Source: Chrysemys picta bellii | Taxonomy: Eukaryota | DNA: 64,000 bases | Assembly: GCF_011386835.1 (NCBI RefSeq) | Contig: NC_088798.1 | Span: 99,448,001 to 99,512,000 of the forward strand | Direction: 5' to 3' | Shown here: piece by piece, positions 39,130 to 51,548 of the stretch | How the letters are laid out: every line of letters begins with the position of its first letter | Position numbering within the stretch: the first letter of the stretch is position 1 | Notes under the pieces: model-generated | Told to the model about the DNA's origin: nothing | Database searches by the model: none | The model's input: only the letters and a program-made list of their open reading frames with translations | Program-made: the position numbers and the translations under genes

Positions 39130-40532
39130 TATTTGCTGCTTACTTAATTCAGGTCATCCCAATGGCTTCAATATTTGCTGATGCACATAGTCCCATTAAA
39201 TCCAAATGTACTACACATGTGAGAATTACTTATATGAGTCACAGTTTCAGTGTTAGGCCTTGCTTGTTAGTATATCAGGAGTTAATCTTGTGGAGGCACC
39301 TATATAAATCTAAAGCCTGTCAATATTATCCTCCTTTCTTTCAGTAAATTATGATAATGCTGGAGAAATACAAAGTTCTTTTTTAACAAAAGCCATGTTT
39401 TTCTGGGGGGTTTTGTCTTTCTTTTCAGAATACAGTCTATCCTGGATTTTATTGGACTCCCTGTGGTTTATTTAAAGCTGGACTAAAGGACCTTACAACA
39501 TGCTGGGAAATATGATCTCTGCACATTACCTGTGCTTTGGGATTGTTTTATAAACATCATTTCGGATGGCATGGAAATAGGGCTTAGTTGTTCCGTCATT
39601 ACAGATACAAGCCTTCTATCAGCTGCAATGCGCGGTACATGTCTGAGATTTATGTCATTTAGACCCTCCTCCCTTGCTCGAACAAAGATTTAGTACAGGG
39701 TGGAACTCCCTTTGAAGTTAGTGGGACATACAAGATCTGGCCCGTTATTACTACAATGGCTGCTGGAACTCAGCACAGGACACTCCCTAAGTGAAGAAAA
39801 GGCAATTCAAAGCCCATCTCTTGCTTAACTGTATTCTTTACTGCCTTAGCACTTGCTATATATGTAGGTAGGAAACCCAGTTGTACTTCTTTTTATGTGT
39901 ATTGCTTTAGTAGAGTGCAAACATGTTAAAACGTTCACTTTCTCCTTTATACGAGTCTATAAAAAAGCTCTTAAACTGGAGTCATAGGGTTTCGGTGAGA
40001 CAAATGAATGATCACCCTGGACAGAACAGTCCTTTCCTATGGATTAGTCACTTAGGTGTGAGAAATTGTCAGATGCTAATTCAGTCTGGGAAGTTCACTT
40101 GACTTTCATGCCATTTTCAAGCAATAATAATGCCATGAAGTCATGTGATGCCTCATGATAGGCTAGACTGCTAGGATGCACTAATAGGTACCATTCATTG
40201 ATACCAGTTAGGGCTACATTTTCAGAAGTCTCCAGCCAGGAAAGATTCTGTGCCCAGTTATAGTAAGACATGGGCAAAAATATTCACAATCAGACATTTC
40301 AGCATTAATTCTAACCCACACACAATTACTCAAAAATCATTTTTGGTGCAGGGATATTACATGTTTGACAGGGTTACTCTACAAGGGCCTGATCCTGCTG
40401 CCATTGAAGTAAAATACCCAATAACCTTGATGGTCCAGAATCAGGCTGCAAATTACACGAAGGAATCATTTCAAGGAACAGAGATGTAACATCTGATTTC
40501 TGTAGATTATGCAATTTCAGGGGTGTACCTGT

Positions 40533-40656
40533 TAGGGTGACCAGACAGCAAATGTGAAAAATCAGGACAAGGGGGGTGGGGTGATAGGAGCCTATATAAG
40601 AAAAAGACCCAAAAATCAGGACTGTCCCTATAAAATCAGGACATCTGGTCACCCTA
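40533..40656. mobile_element. hAT-Blackjack-type MITE
   Basis: TIRs TAGGGTGACCAGA...TCTGGTCACCCTA; 8-bp TSD GTACCTGT / GTTCCTGT (7/8). Confidence 0.92.
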
Positions 40657-42329
40657 GTTCCTGTGTATATATGCAACCATGTCACTGAAATCACAAACAC
40701 TGTCAGTTACTAAGATGCAGCTTTGAGTGTCTTAGTTACAGAGACACTGTAATAGCAGCATAATTGCTCCCTGAACTATTATTGAATTATATTCTGATAG
40801 GCTTAAAGAACAGGCCTGTTTTGTGCCCCAGCAAACCAGTAATCAGCGTATTTAGTACTATTTATACCGGATATTATGAACAGGCTGTTTTATTGTCTTG
40901 CTTAACTCTCTCTCTCTTTCTCTCTCAAACACAAATATTTTGTGTTTTCTGTGGTCTGGCTCCTAGTTACCCCAGGGATCACCTCTTCTTCTATGCATGG
41001 CCCTGAGATTGGAGGTCACCTGGGGCACCCTTGCTAACAATCCTTAAATGTGACTGAAGACAGGACTTTTTCCTCAGTGAAGGGCCCTTGCTTCTGGAAC
41101 TCCCTTCCCCCACCAGCCCCATTGATTCAGCACAGCACAACATCAAGCTTATATTCTCCGGCTTTTGTGGAAGGTGGGAAGGCTGGTGAATGTGTTAGAT
41201 GTGTGTGTGCGTGCACAGTCTGTTAGAGGCTGAGATGTTTCATTTCTAAAGGCCAGATTGATTTTTCCTGTGGAGAAATTCATGACAGGAGCCATGGGGG
41301 ATTCAAAACTCCATCGTTCCCCTCACTGTTTTCCTCTCAAATAATTTAATCAAAGGAGTGGGGTCCCTTGAGATCCATGCAGGCCCATGCTCTCCTGTTC
41401 AGACTCCAAGACCTCTTGCCTCCGCTGGCTGCCTGGCAGCGTGGCTTCAATGGGGAGTTCTCCAGAACAGAGGGGGCTCTGTGTCCAAGGTAATGAAATC
41501 TCCGTCTGTTTTAGCTTTCTAGGGCCGTACTGCTTGATGGCTAAGGGCGATATGTGAGTACCCCCTGGCATCACTCCTACCATGTTTCAGTCCCCTCTCC
41601 CCACACACAGATGGGCACCCTGGGAGAAGGAGATAGTATGACAGAGGTACCAGACTCTTTCCTTCCTCCTGCTAGGTGGGATTCAGATGCAGAGTGGTGT
41701 TCTCTGCATATGGCTCTAGGGTGGGGAGATTAGGCCCAGAATTATGGACATGCACTCAAAGGGTTGATGGATGCGGTGTAGAAATCTAAAAATAATTTTA
41801 AAATGGGGTGAGTGGGTGAAGAGGAGAAAGGAAAATTGTATAGGGCCAGATTCTCAGCTGGTGTAAATCTATGTAGCACCAGTGAAGCTAATCTGATTGA
41901 CACCAGCTGACGATCTGACCCATGGTATCCCAATGAGTTTACAAACATCAGTAACAGATTCATTGTTAGAACAAACACCAGGAAAGATAGGGTTAAAAAA
42001 ATAAGGGCCTATAAATGAGGGTCAGCTATCATCCTGTAGCCCTCATACTAGCCTAGTTTATTGAAGTCAACGGGAGTTTTCTGTCTGAAAGCACGGCGGG
42101 ATTGGGCCTTTGTTGGTAAAATAAGGACCATCTTGTTTGTTGTTACAAAATATGAAGAAAAAACATGGGCATCCAATTAGGAACAAACATGACCCAAGAG
42201 CAGCAGGGATTCTCTCATTATGGAAAATCACAGTTCGAGGCAGTTTTATCACTAAGTATTTGTCAAACTTGTATTGTGTCTGTTTAACAAAATTTTTGCT
42301 GAGATCTATGGTGACTTTCCTCTATTGCA

Positions 42330-45300
42330 TTATAGAATCACAGAATCATAGACATGTAGGGCTGGCAGGGACTTTGAGAGGTCATCTAGTCCAGACCCTG
42401 AGCTGAGGCAGGTCCAAATATACTTAGACCGTCTCTGACAGGTGTTTGTCCAACCAGTTCTTAAAACCCTCCAGTGATGGGGATCCCACAACCTCCCTTG
42501 GTAGCCTGTTCCAGTACTTAACTATCCTTATAATTAGAAACTTTTCCCTAATATCAAACCTAAATCTCCCTTGTTGCAGAATAAGCCCATTATTTCTTGT
42601 CCTACCTTCAGTGGACATGGAGAACAATTGACCACCATCCTCTTTATAACACCCCTTACCATATCAGAAGATTATCAGCTCCCACCTCAGTCTTCTTTTC
42701 TCACAACTAAACACACCCAGTATTTTTAACCTTTCCTCATAGGTCAGGTTTTCTTAGTCTTTTATCATTTTTGTTGTCCTCCTCTGGAAACACCAATTTA
42801 TCCACGTCTTTCCTAAAGTGTGGCATGCAGAATTGAATACAGTACTCTAGCTGAGGGATCACCAATGCCGTGTTGAGTGGGACAATTACCTCCTGTGTCT
42901 TACTTACCACACTTCTGTTAATACATGCCAGAATATTAGCCCTTTTTGCAAATGCATCACATTACTGATTCCTATTTAATCTACCATCCACTATAATTCC
43001 CAGATCCTTTTCAGCAGTACTACCACCGAGCCAGTTATTGCCCACTTTGAAGTTGGGCATTTGAATTTTCCTTCCTGCAGGTGACACTTTGCACTTGTCT
43101 TTACTGAATTTCATCTTGTGGATTTCAGACCAATTCTCTAATTTGTCGAGATAGTTTTGAATTCTAAATCCTGTCCTCCAAAGTGCTTGCAACCCCTCCC
43201 AGCTCGGTGTCATCCATGAATTTTAAAAGCATACTCTCCACTCCATTATCCAATTCATTAATGAAAATACTGAATAGTACTGGACCCAGGACTGACCCTT
43301 GCAGGACCCTACTAGATACATCCCCGGCATTTGGACAGCAAACCTTTGAGAACTACTCTTTGAGTACAGTCTTTCAGCCAGTTGTGCACCCGCCTTATGG
43401 AAATTTCATCTAGACCACATTTCCCAAGTTGGCTTATGAGAATGTTCTGACTCCAAGGCTTCTTGCCTCCACTGGCTGCCTGGCAGTGTGGCTCCAATGG
43501 GGAGTTCTCCAGAACAAAGGGGGCGCTGTGTCAAAAGCCTTACTAAAAGTCAAGATATATCACATCCACTGCTTCTCCCCTACCCACTAGGCCAGTAATC
43601 CTGCCAAAGAAGGAAATTAGGCTGGTTTGGCATAATTTTATCTTGACAAATCCATGATGACTATTCCTTATATTTTCCTTTAGGTGCTTCCAAATGGATT
43701 GTTCAATAATTTGTTCCAGTATCTTTCCAGGTATCAAAGTTAGGCAGACTGGTCTGCAATTCCCCGGGTCCTCTTTGTTCCCTTTTTAAAGATTGGTGCA
43801 ATGTTTGCCCTTCTCTAGCCCTCTGGGACCTCACCTGTCTTCCATATGTTCTCAAATATAATTGCTAATGGTTCCAAGATTGCTTCAGCTAGTTCCTCAA
43901 GTACTTTAGGATGATTTTCATCAGGCCCCGCTGCTTTGAATACATCTAACTTATCTAAATATTAACTTGTTCTCTCCCTATTTTGGCTTGTGTTCCTTCC
44001 TCCTTGTTGTTAATATTAATTGTGTTGAGTATCTGCTCACCATTAACCTTTTTTAGTGAAGATTGAAGCAAAATAAGCCTTAAACACCTCAGCTTACTTG
44101 ATGCAATCTGTTATTAGCTCTCCTTCCCCACTAAGTAGAGGCCCTATGCTTTCCTTCATCTTTCTCTTCCTCCTGATATATTTATAGACCCTCTTCTTAT
44201 AGCCTTTTATATCCCTTGCTAGATGCAATTCATTTTTTCCCTTAGCCTTTCTGATTTTTCCCTCCATGCTTGTGCTATTCTTTTGTACTCCTTAACAATT
44301 CATCCTTGTTTCCACTTTTAGATTCCTTTTCAATTTTCAGGTCATTAAAGAGCTCCTGATGGAGCCATATTGGCCTCTTACTATTCTTCTCATCTTTCTT
44401 TCACATTGGGATAGTTCGCAGTTGTGCCTGTAATATTGTGTCCTTGAGAATTTGCCAGGTCTTCTGAACAACTTTATCCCCTAGATTTTCTTCCCAGGAG
44501 ACCTTGTCTACCAGTTCTCGGAGTCTGTAAAAGGCCTTGGCTACACTTACCCGCTAGTTCGGCGGCTGGCAATCGAACTTCTGGGTTCGACTTATCGCGT
44601 CTAGTCTGGACGCGATAAGTCGAACCCGGAAGTGCTCGCCGTCGACTGCGGTACTCCAGCTCGGCGAGAGGAGTACCGCGGAGTCGACGGGGGAGCCTGC
44701 CTGCCGAGTGTGGACCAAGGTAAGTTCGAACTAAGGTACTTCGACTTCAGCTACGTTATTCACGTAGCTGAAGTTGCGTACCTTAGTTTGAATTAGGGGG
44801 GTAGTGTAGACCAAGCCAAAGTCTGTTCTTTTGAAATCCATTGTCCTTATTCCACTGCTCTCATTCCTTTGCTTAGAATCATGAAATCTGTCCTTTCATG
44901 ACTACTTTCACCCAAACTGCCTTCCACCTTAAGATTCACAACCACTTCCTCCCTGTTGGTCAGAATCAACTCTAAAATGGCTGTCTCCTTGGTTACTTCC
45001 TCCACTTTTTGAAAAAAAAAAAAAAGTTATCCCCAGTACATTCCAAGAACTTACTGGAAATTTGTGTTGGGCCATATTACTTGCCAACAGATATCTGGGT
45101 AAAGTCCCCCATTTCTATTTTTTGTTTTGGATATTTGTGTTTGTTATAGAAATGCCTCATGTACCTCCTCTTCCTGATTTGGTGGTCTCTAATAGACATC
45201 TACCATGATGTCACCCTAATTCCCCCCCCTTTGATCTTTACCCAGAGACCTTCAACAGATCTGCTTCTCACCTTGTTCTGATCTCAGAACAACTGTATAT

Positions 45301-45330
45301 ATTCTTGAGGTATAATTTAACACCTCCACT
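42330..45330 (-). mobile_element. 5'-truncated CR1 LINE (ORF2 pseudogene: part of the APE endonuclease plus RT), interrupted by a MITE and a templated insertion
   Basis: (ATTCTATG)n-type tail at 42330-42352. ORF2 motifs GGVKLYLK, the VYYRPPNQEEEVDEAF region, MGDF..PDICW, IPGKILEQII...HGFVK...CQTSLISFF...VDVIYLDF, LGKCGLDE, QNYLDKLENWSE...KFSKDKCKV, GRFRFDIR...VKYWNRLPREVV, with many stops and frameshifts. Confidence 0.95.
44533..44817 (+). mobile_element. Young PIF/Harbinger MITE (copy D) nested in CR1
   Basis: TIRs GGCCTTGGCTACACTTAC...GTAGTGTAGACCAAGCC; AAA TSD (44530-44532 / 44818-44820); CR1 sequence resumes on both sides; CpGs retained. Confidence 0.95.
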
Positions 45331-46590
45331 TCCTCATTGTGAGAAACAAAGTCATAGCTAAGGTTTCATTAAGTAAAAAGGCAAACAAGCACTGGAATGA
45401 GCATCCAGAATCAACACTGCACAGTACTCGATACTTGTAATTTTGTTAAGTTTAACATTACTATTATGATATACATTATGTGGATTTATGGTGGACACGT
45501 GCACACTCCGAATTTAAGGCAAGTGGCTGGTCTGAACAAACGCTAAGCACAGGTGGGAGGGAGGGAGGAAGAAAACACCGATTTCCTTGTGCCAATACAA
45601 AGAAGGACTGATGACACAAGAAACAACAACAGTGCACTTGAAACTAAAGACAACCAGCCAATTCTTGCTATGTTCCAAAAGAGAATGGCAACAACTCAGA
45701 GACCTGCCAGGTATAATCATTCTGTCTTTTTCTCGATTCTTTAGAAAGCCACTTAAGGGGAAATGAGCAAGAAAACAGCAAACAGCTTCGGCCTGCTATT
45801 TAAAATTATTCTCAAAAATCTAGGGGAAATATTTCAGTCCATGGTAATATTTTTGGGTGCTTAAAATGCCACAAAGGTCACAGGCAATTTGATCCCATAT
45901 ATTTCTCTTTAAGAAGGAGCTCAGAAGTTGTCCTGGAGCACATATGTGATGAGGGGTTGCCATGGCAAATGGTTTTTGGCTCTATTTAAGACAAAGTTTT
46001 ATTGCACAGCAGAATAAATAAGCATGTTGAAGCCGCATACAGTAACTTGTTGGCACATATGTTAATGCTCCCATGGGCTGCAATAACTTAAGCACTGTCC
46101 CTTTTAAACATTTTTCAGCATTTTTTTTCTTTTTTACTGACTACATGCATTTAGCATTAAGGCGAGGAATGTGCCATTTCCACCCAGGTTTGAAGTAATT
46201 GAGGCAAAAAATGAGGACTGTATAATAAATCATAAAGGGACATTGTATGTGGACAAAGAGGGCAATTTTCCCTTTCCCAACATACATGAACACACTAGGC
46301 CCAAACCTGAAGTGATGGATTATCCAAAACTCTGGCTGGATTCAAAAGTAGCTTTCGGTGCTTATAGTGTGAAGCGTGGACACAGCCTGGGTGTCATCAA
46401 TAATCAAACAGGCCTCTAACAGCATATTCTGAATTTTCTGTCATCACATTGTGTTCCTCATCATGTTACTTCTGTACCATTTCATCCCACCATGGTAATT
46501 GTCCCGCTTTAATAATTTTATAAACCACCTGTTACACGCCTGATTCTGCTCCATTATCCCCATAGATTTTGGGGGGGTGAGTGTGTGTGT

Positions 46591-46672
46591 GTACACCAGC
46601 GGAAGAGAGGAAAATCCATGCGTACACTGGAAACTCCATGGGTACACCAGTGGAAGAGAGGAAAATCCATGC
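46591..46672. repeat. Short tandem array: 31-bp unit, 20-bp variant, 31-bp unit
   Basis: GTACACCAGCGGAAGAGAGGAAAATCCATGC / GTACACTGGAAACTCCATGG / GTACACCAGTGGAAGAGAGGAAAATCCATGC. Confidence 0.9.
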
Positions 46673-49477
46673 CTGTAAGAGGATGCAGGACTCTGGTGCT
46701 CTTGAGGGTGAATATAAGTTATAGATTAGTACTTTATAATGGAAGCTTCAATTTTAAAAGAGTTATTCATGTATCCCGCTAGGCTTTATTAACGGAGAGT
46801 GTCAAGCTAATTTAGGGGGAGGTTTCCTGCATGGGAGCTGTGATGCTAGCCCCGCTTCTGTGAGAAGCAGTAACTTTTCTGGTTTGGAGAACTTTGGCGC
46901 TTCCATGAGTGGGCAAACGTACTTAAAAATCTCTTCGGGCTCATCTACATTATTTGTTAGTATATATACACACATCAATTCAGATATAATCACGTATTTG
47001 AGATATCTTCCATATAAAATATGCCTGGCCCTTATTCCCCATGGTTTAAGGAGGAAGATGATTTCAATGTGTTTTATTCTATCAGGACCTGATTCAACTC
47101 CAACTAAATCAATGGAGATACCCCATAGACTTCAGTCGGATTTGCATCAGGTTCTTGGTCATCAGAATAGTATTGTTCACCTGAACTTTTCTTTACTACC
47201 AGGGGTATCGAAAATGTGCTCTAGCTTCATGAAATAAAACACAAAATGTGAGGACTGATTATTTTACATGAAACATACATGCTGACAGGTTCATTATGAA
47301 TGGCATTTTGCTAAAGAAGTGAATCTATTAAGGAGTGGTAATTCTAGGCTGCTTTAAAAAAAAAAAAAAGATTTTTATGCCTATAGAATGCCTCCTGACC
47401 ACAACCATAGATGAAGAACTACCCTATCCTTCCAGTTGTTTGGATCGCTGGTAATTAGAGCCTGGTGAAGCTGTCAAGGACTGTTGACAAATATATTACA
47501 ACAAAGTTAGGTTAAGTGAAAGTTACTTAAAATAAATCCAATCTTTGCGCAACATTCGTGTTTCACTTCAGAAGAATGTGCCAGCAGGGATACATACAAT
47601 TTCTGACAATGTTCTGAGAAGCACCTCAAGGTGGAAATTTGCAAATAGTGCTACTGTAGAACGTAATGAGAAGCTGCAGGGCTTTCAATTATCCCATCTA
47701 GTCTGTCTCTTTGCAACTTGACTGACAGCTAATTATGCTGGTGCCATTTTTTTTGGAAGTGGAATTTAATCTCCCAGATGGAAAGCAAATCAATCTGCCC
47801 ATCCACTGCAGCTGAGACATACCTTGGCTCAACTTTAATTTATTCTCCTAAGCCTAAGAAGGCTAGTCATTTCAAGGTACAAAAATATCAAATTTCCTCT
47901 CTTAACCAGGCTGGTGCAAAAGTGTGGAAGAGTTGGGATTTCTTAGGCTCCAGTGTGAAATGTTGTCACTATTTGTTTTAGAAAACAGCAATATCATCTC
48001 CCCTTGATTCCTATTTGTGAAATCCAGTAGAGAGCAAAGGCATTGATGAGCCGGTCGCTAGTGATAATGGTTAAACATGAGTTGTGGAGGCATTAAGTTG
48101 GATTCTAGGAGGAATGAACTAAATCTCTGAAGAGCAGAACACAAAAAAGGAATTGGTGGCAATTTTCAAGTCTTTTAGTCAGTGTGTACTAGTCTGGTTC
48201 CCATTGGGTTTCATACCAGGATATAAATGCAATCCTTCTACTTACCTGCACTCTTCAGGCCTATCAATTATGCTGTTTCCTCTGACTTGCTGTTACAACT
48301 TTAGCTGTTGCCGTCTGTAAAGAAATTGTATCTGACTAGTTGCTGCAGACTATGGTCCTGATCCTCAGAAGTACTCAGTACCCACAACTCCCCTGAACGT
48401 CGTATTTCAGGCTAGCAGAGCTCTCTCGCTCCTATTGCTTCTAGAATCTGGGGCTCCACAACATCAGCTATTATTAACAAATGCAAGAAAATGGAAACTC
48501 TTCTTTCTGAAATCTTTAGATAGTTGGCTTACAAAGGAAGCCCCACAGCGTTTCAGTGAATCCCAGGTTCCTTTATTTTGTCTCACCTGTTATTCTTCAG
48601 GAGGAATTCTTCTGAGTTCCTAAAATAATTCCCAGGCTCACTACACACATACCGTGGTTATGGGAAGTTTACAAACAAAGAAATTATGTTCTTCTTTTGG
48701 TGCTTAGGACCAGCTAATCATATCTGAACATGCTTTGCTCCAAAACAATGGGTCAGATTCCAATCTCAGTCACGCTTCTGTGAATACAGAGTAATTCTAT
48801 TGATTTCTATCTAGTTTGTCTGTAGACTGAAACATGCTTTCTCCTAAATACCTAAGTATTTATAGACAGAGCGAGAGACTATCTATTTATAGTTTTAATA
48901 TAGCATGGTAACTGAGCCCTAATGTGAGCTTCTTGAGGGTTATTTTATTATAATTATGAAATTTCAAACAATATATTCAAGCATTCTGTGAAACCTTCCC
49001 CAGAGAGATGTTTTCTTATCTCATGGTACTTAATTGGCATGTTGGTTATGGGTATGCTGGACCATATAAACACAATGTAATAAATAACTAAGGAGCCTCT
49101 GCAGTATGTCCTCAATTTGTCAATTGTCTCAATTATTTGTCAATTAATTATCTCATGTATAATCAACAATCCTAATTACTCTAGTCTGTGAGATTAATAG
49201 AGATCAATGCTTGGTGACAGCGAGTAGAGAGGAGGGAAACAGTTGAAATAGCTCAGTACTTTGAAAATATCATCATTATGATGTATCATGAGGTTCAATT
49301 CATAATATCACTGTTAAAAAGATGCCAATGGTAGGCTCTTGGGCCTTTCATGTTTCTTTAAAAAACACACACAACAACCAACAGAAATCTAACACAGTCC
49401 GGAAATAATCAGCTAAGCAAAAAATTAAAAGAAAACCCATCATTCTCCCCAGATATCAACCCTCTCCTTGCAAGCCC

Positions 49478-50190
49478 ATTAAAAAGGTTCATCATGGTAG
49501 CACGGTCAACAAATCCCAGCTATGTCAAACCAGAAAGGCTGGGGTGAAAGAGAGGGTTTCTGCCCAGATCACTGTGCCAGCAGATGTTCCTTCATCACAT
49601 CGAGAGGGGCTCTACCTTTTGGACCAAATCCGATCAGTATGGCACAAGGACAGAAGTGACCTTTCAGGCAGGAAGGCCGCAGGTTATTTAGGGCTTCCTA
49701 GGTTTTAAAACTACACCTTAAACTCCCCCCAGGATACCCAGAGGTGGCCTGTGCAGATCACAAAGCATCTGTGTAGTAGGCTAATGGTGAGATAAATGTT
49801 TTAACAAGCAACAAAGAGTCCTATGGCACCTTAAAGACTAACAGATGTATTGGAGCATAAGCGTTCGTGGGTGAATGTTTTAACAAGTGGGCTACTATAC
49901 AGTGCACTAGTGTCAGCTTCCAAGTGGGTTTAGGATGTAGCCCCCCAAATGGAACTTGTTACCATGGTTTAACCTGCACAGAGGCACGAATCATGGTGGC
50001 GAGGTTTGCATCCAAAAGAGAAGGCAGCAACTTCCAGAACAAAGTGACTAAAAGCCATCCTGTCCACTGCTGATAGCCGGTCTTCTGAAAGCAGTTGGAA
50101 ATCCAACCAGATTTCTAGGTGGCAAACAAACATGCTATGTCAGAACAGGTAGAGTCTCCACCATATTTTCCATCTGCTTTTTCAACTCTA
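49478..50190 (-). mobile_element. Ancient L2-clade LINE ORF2 C-terminal fragment
   Basis: Minus-strand translation with shifts: LSAVDRMAF.../ANLATMIRASV.../GL.PKPTWKLTLVHCIVAHLL.../TTQMLCDLHRPP...EFKV...EALNNL. This matches the L2 pattern DLATVIHAFVTSRLDYCN...KLQLVQN...HITPVL..LHWLP...FKV...KALN. Confidence 0.75.
49809..49873 (-). mobile_element. 65-bp Penelope-like element remnant inserted in L2
   Basis: CAACAAAGAGTCCTATGGCACCTTAAAGACTAACAGATGTATTGGAGCATAAGCGTTCGTGGGTG matches the terminal sequence of turtle Penelope-like elements as recalled; flanked by the perfect 14-bp direct repeat AATGTTTTAACAAG (49795-49808 / 49874-49887). Confidence 0.8.
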
Positions 50191-50371
50191 GCATCACCTG
50201 TTTTATCTGGATCGGTTCTCAGCCCCCTTACCTTCTTCCATGCCCCGGTCTCTCTCGGGGTAGGATGCCCAATGTCCCATCTGAGCAGGAAGTAGATATG
50301 GGCTCATGCCAAATCTCTAGCACAAAGCATGCCACAACATTGAGAAAATTTCAGTCTAGATCCAGATGTGA

Positions 50372-51548
50372 ACATTGGGGGGCTGGCCCACATTCGGAGG
50401 AGGATAGGGATATTCCGCAGGGAGACTTGAATGAGCTTGTGAATTGGAGTATCAGAAATAGGATGAAATTTAATAGTGAAAAGTGTAAGATGATGCATTT
50501 AGGGATGACTAACAGCAATTTTAGTTACAAGCTGGGGACGCATCGGTTAGAAGTGACAGAGGAGGAGAAAGACCTCGGGGTCTTGGTAGACCGTAGGATG
50601 ACTGTGAGTCGACAATGTGACGTGGCGGTGAAAAAAGCCAATGCGGTCTTGGGTTGCATTAGGCGAGGAATATCTAGTAGGAACAAGGAGGTGCTGCTTC
50701 CGTTGTATAAGGCACTGGTGAGACCACATTTGGAGTACTGTGTGCAGTTCTGGTCTCCCATGTTTAAAAAAGATGAACTCAAACTGGAACGGGTACAGAG
50801 AAGGCCACTAGAATGATTAGAGGAATGGAAAACCTGTCGTATGAAAGGAGACTAGAGGAGCTCGGGTTGTTTAGTCTGTCCAAACGAAGGCTGAGGGGGG
50901 ATATGATTGCTCTCTTTAAATATATCAGAGGGATAAATACCAGGGAGGGAGAGGAACTGTTCCAGCTTAGTACTAATGTGGACACGAGAACGAATGGATA
51001 TAAACTGGCTGTGGGGAAGTTTAGGCTTGAAATAAGACCAAGATTTCTGACGGTCAGAGGGGTGAAATATTGGAACAGCCTTCCGAGGGAAACGGTGGGG
51101 GCGAAGGACCTGTCTGGTTTCAAGATTAAGTTAGATAAGTTTATGGAGGGAATGGTTTAATGGAAAAACATGATTTTAGCCAAATGAATACCGTGCCTTG
51201 GTAGGTAAATAGTATAATGGCCAATGAGGGTCAGGCAGGAGACTCTTGCCTACATGCTCGGGGTTTTACTGATCGCCATATTTGGGGTTGGGAAGGAATT
51301 TTCCTCCAGGGTAGATTGGCAGAGGCCCTGGAGGTTTTTCGCCTTCCTCCGCAGCATGGGGCAGGGATCGCTAGCAGGAGGGTTCTCTGCCAATTGAAGT
51401 CACTAAGCCACAGGATTTGGGGACTTCAACAGCAGAGTCAAGGGAAAGGATAGGGACGGCTTTGTGGCCTGCGACATGCAGGGGGTCAGACCAGATGATC
51501 ATAATGGTCCCTTCTGACCTTAAAGTCTATGAGTCTATGAGTCTATGA
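50372..51548 (+). mobile_element. 5'-truncated, relatively young CR1 LINE
   Basis: ORF2 C-terminus in two frames separated by one frameshift near 50805 (QGDLNELVNWS...MKFNSEKCKMMHLG...EKDLGVLVD...LVRPHLEYCVQFWSP...LERVQRR / MIRGMENLSYERRLEELGLFSL...KLDKFMEGMV*), then 3' UTR and a (GTCTATGA)3 tail at 51525-51548. Confidence 0.97.

Noticed and set aside
45323-45345. Possible TSD of the 3-kb CR1 (ACTTCCTCATTG versus ACTTTCCTCTATTG at 42314)
   Set aside because: Needs two indels and overlaps sequence that could still be CR1-derived.
46591-46672. CRISPR-like repeat-spacer-repeat
   Set aside because: Vertebrate DNA with no cas genes; only two repeats, and the spacer is a deleted variant of the repeat.
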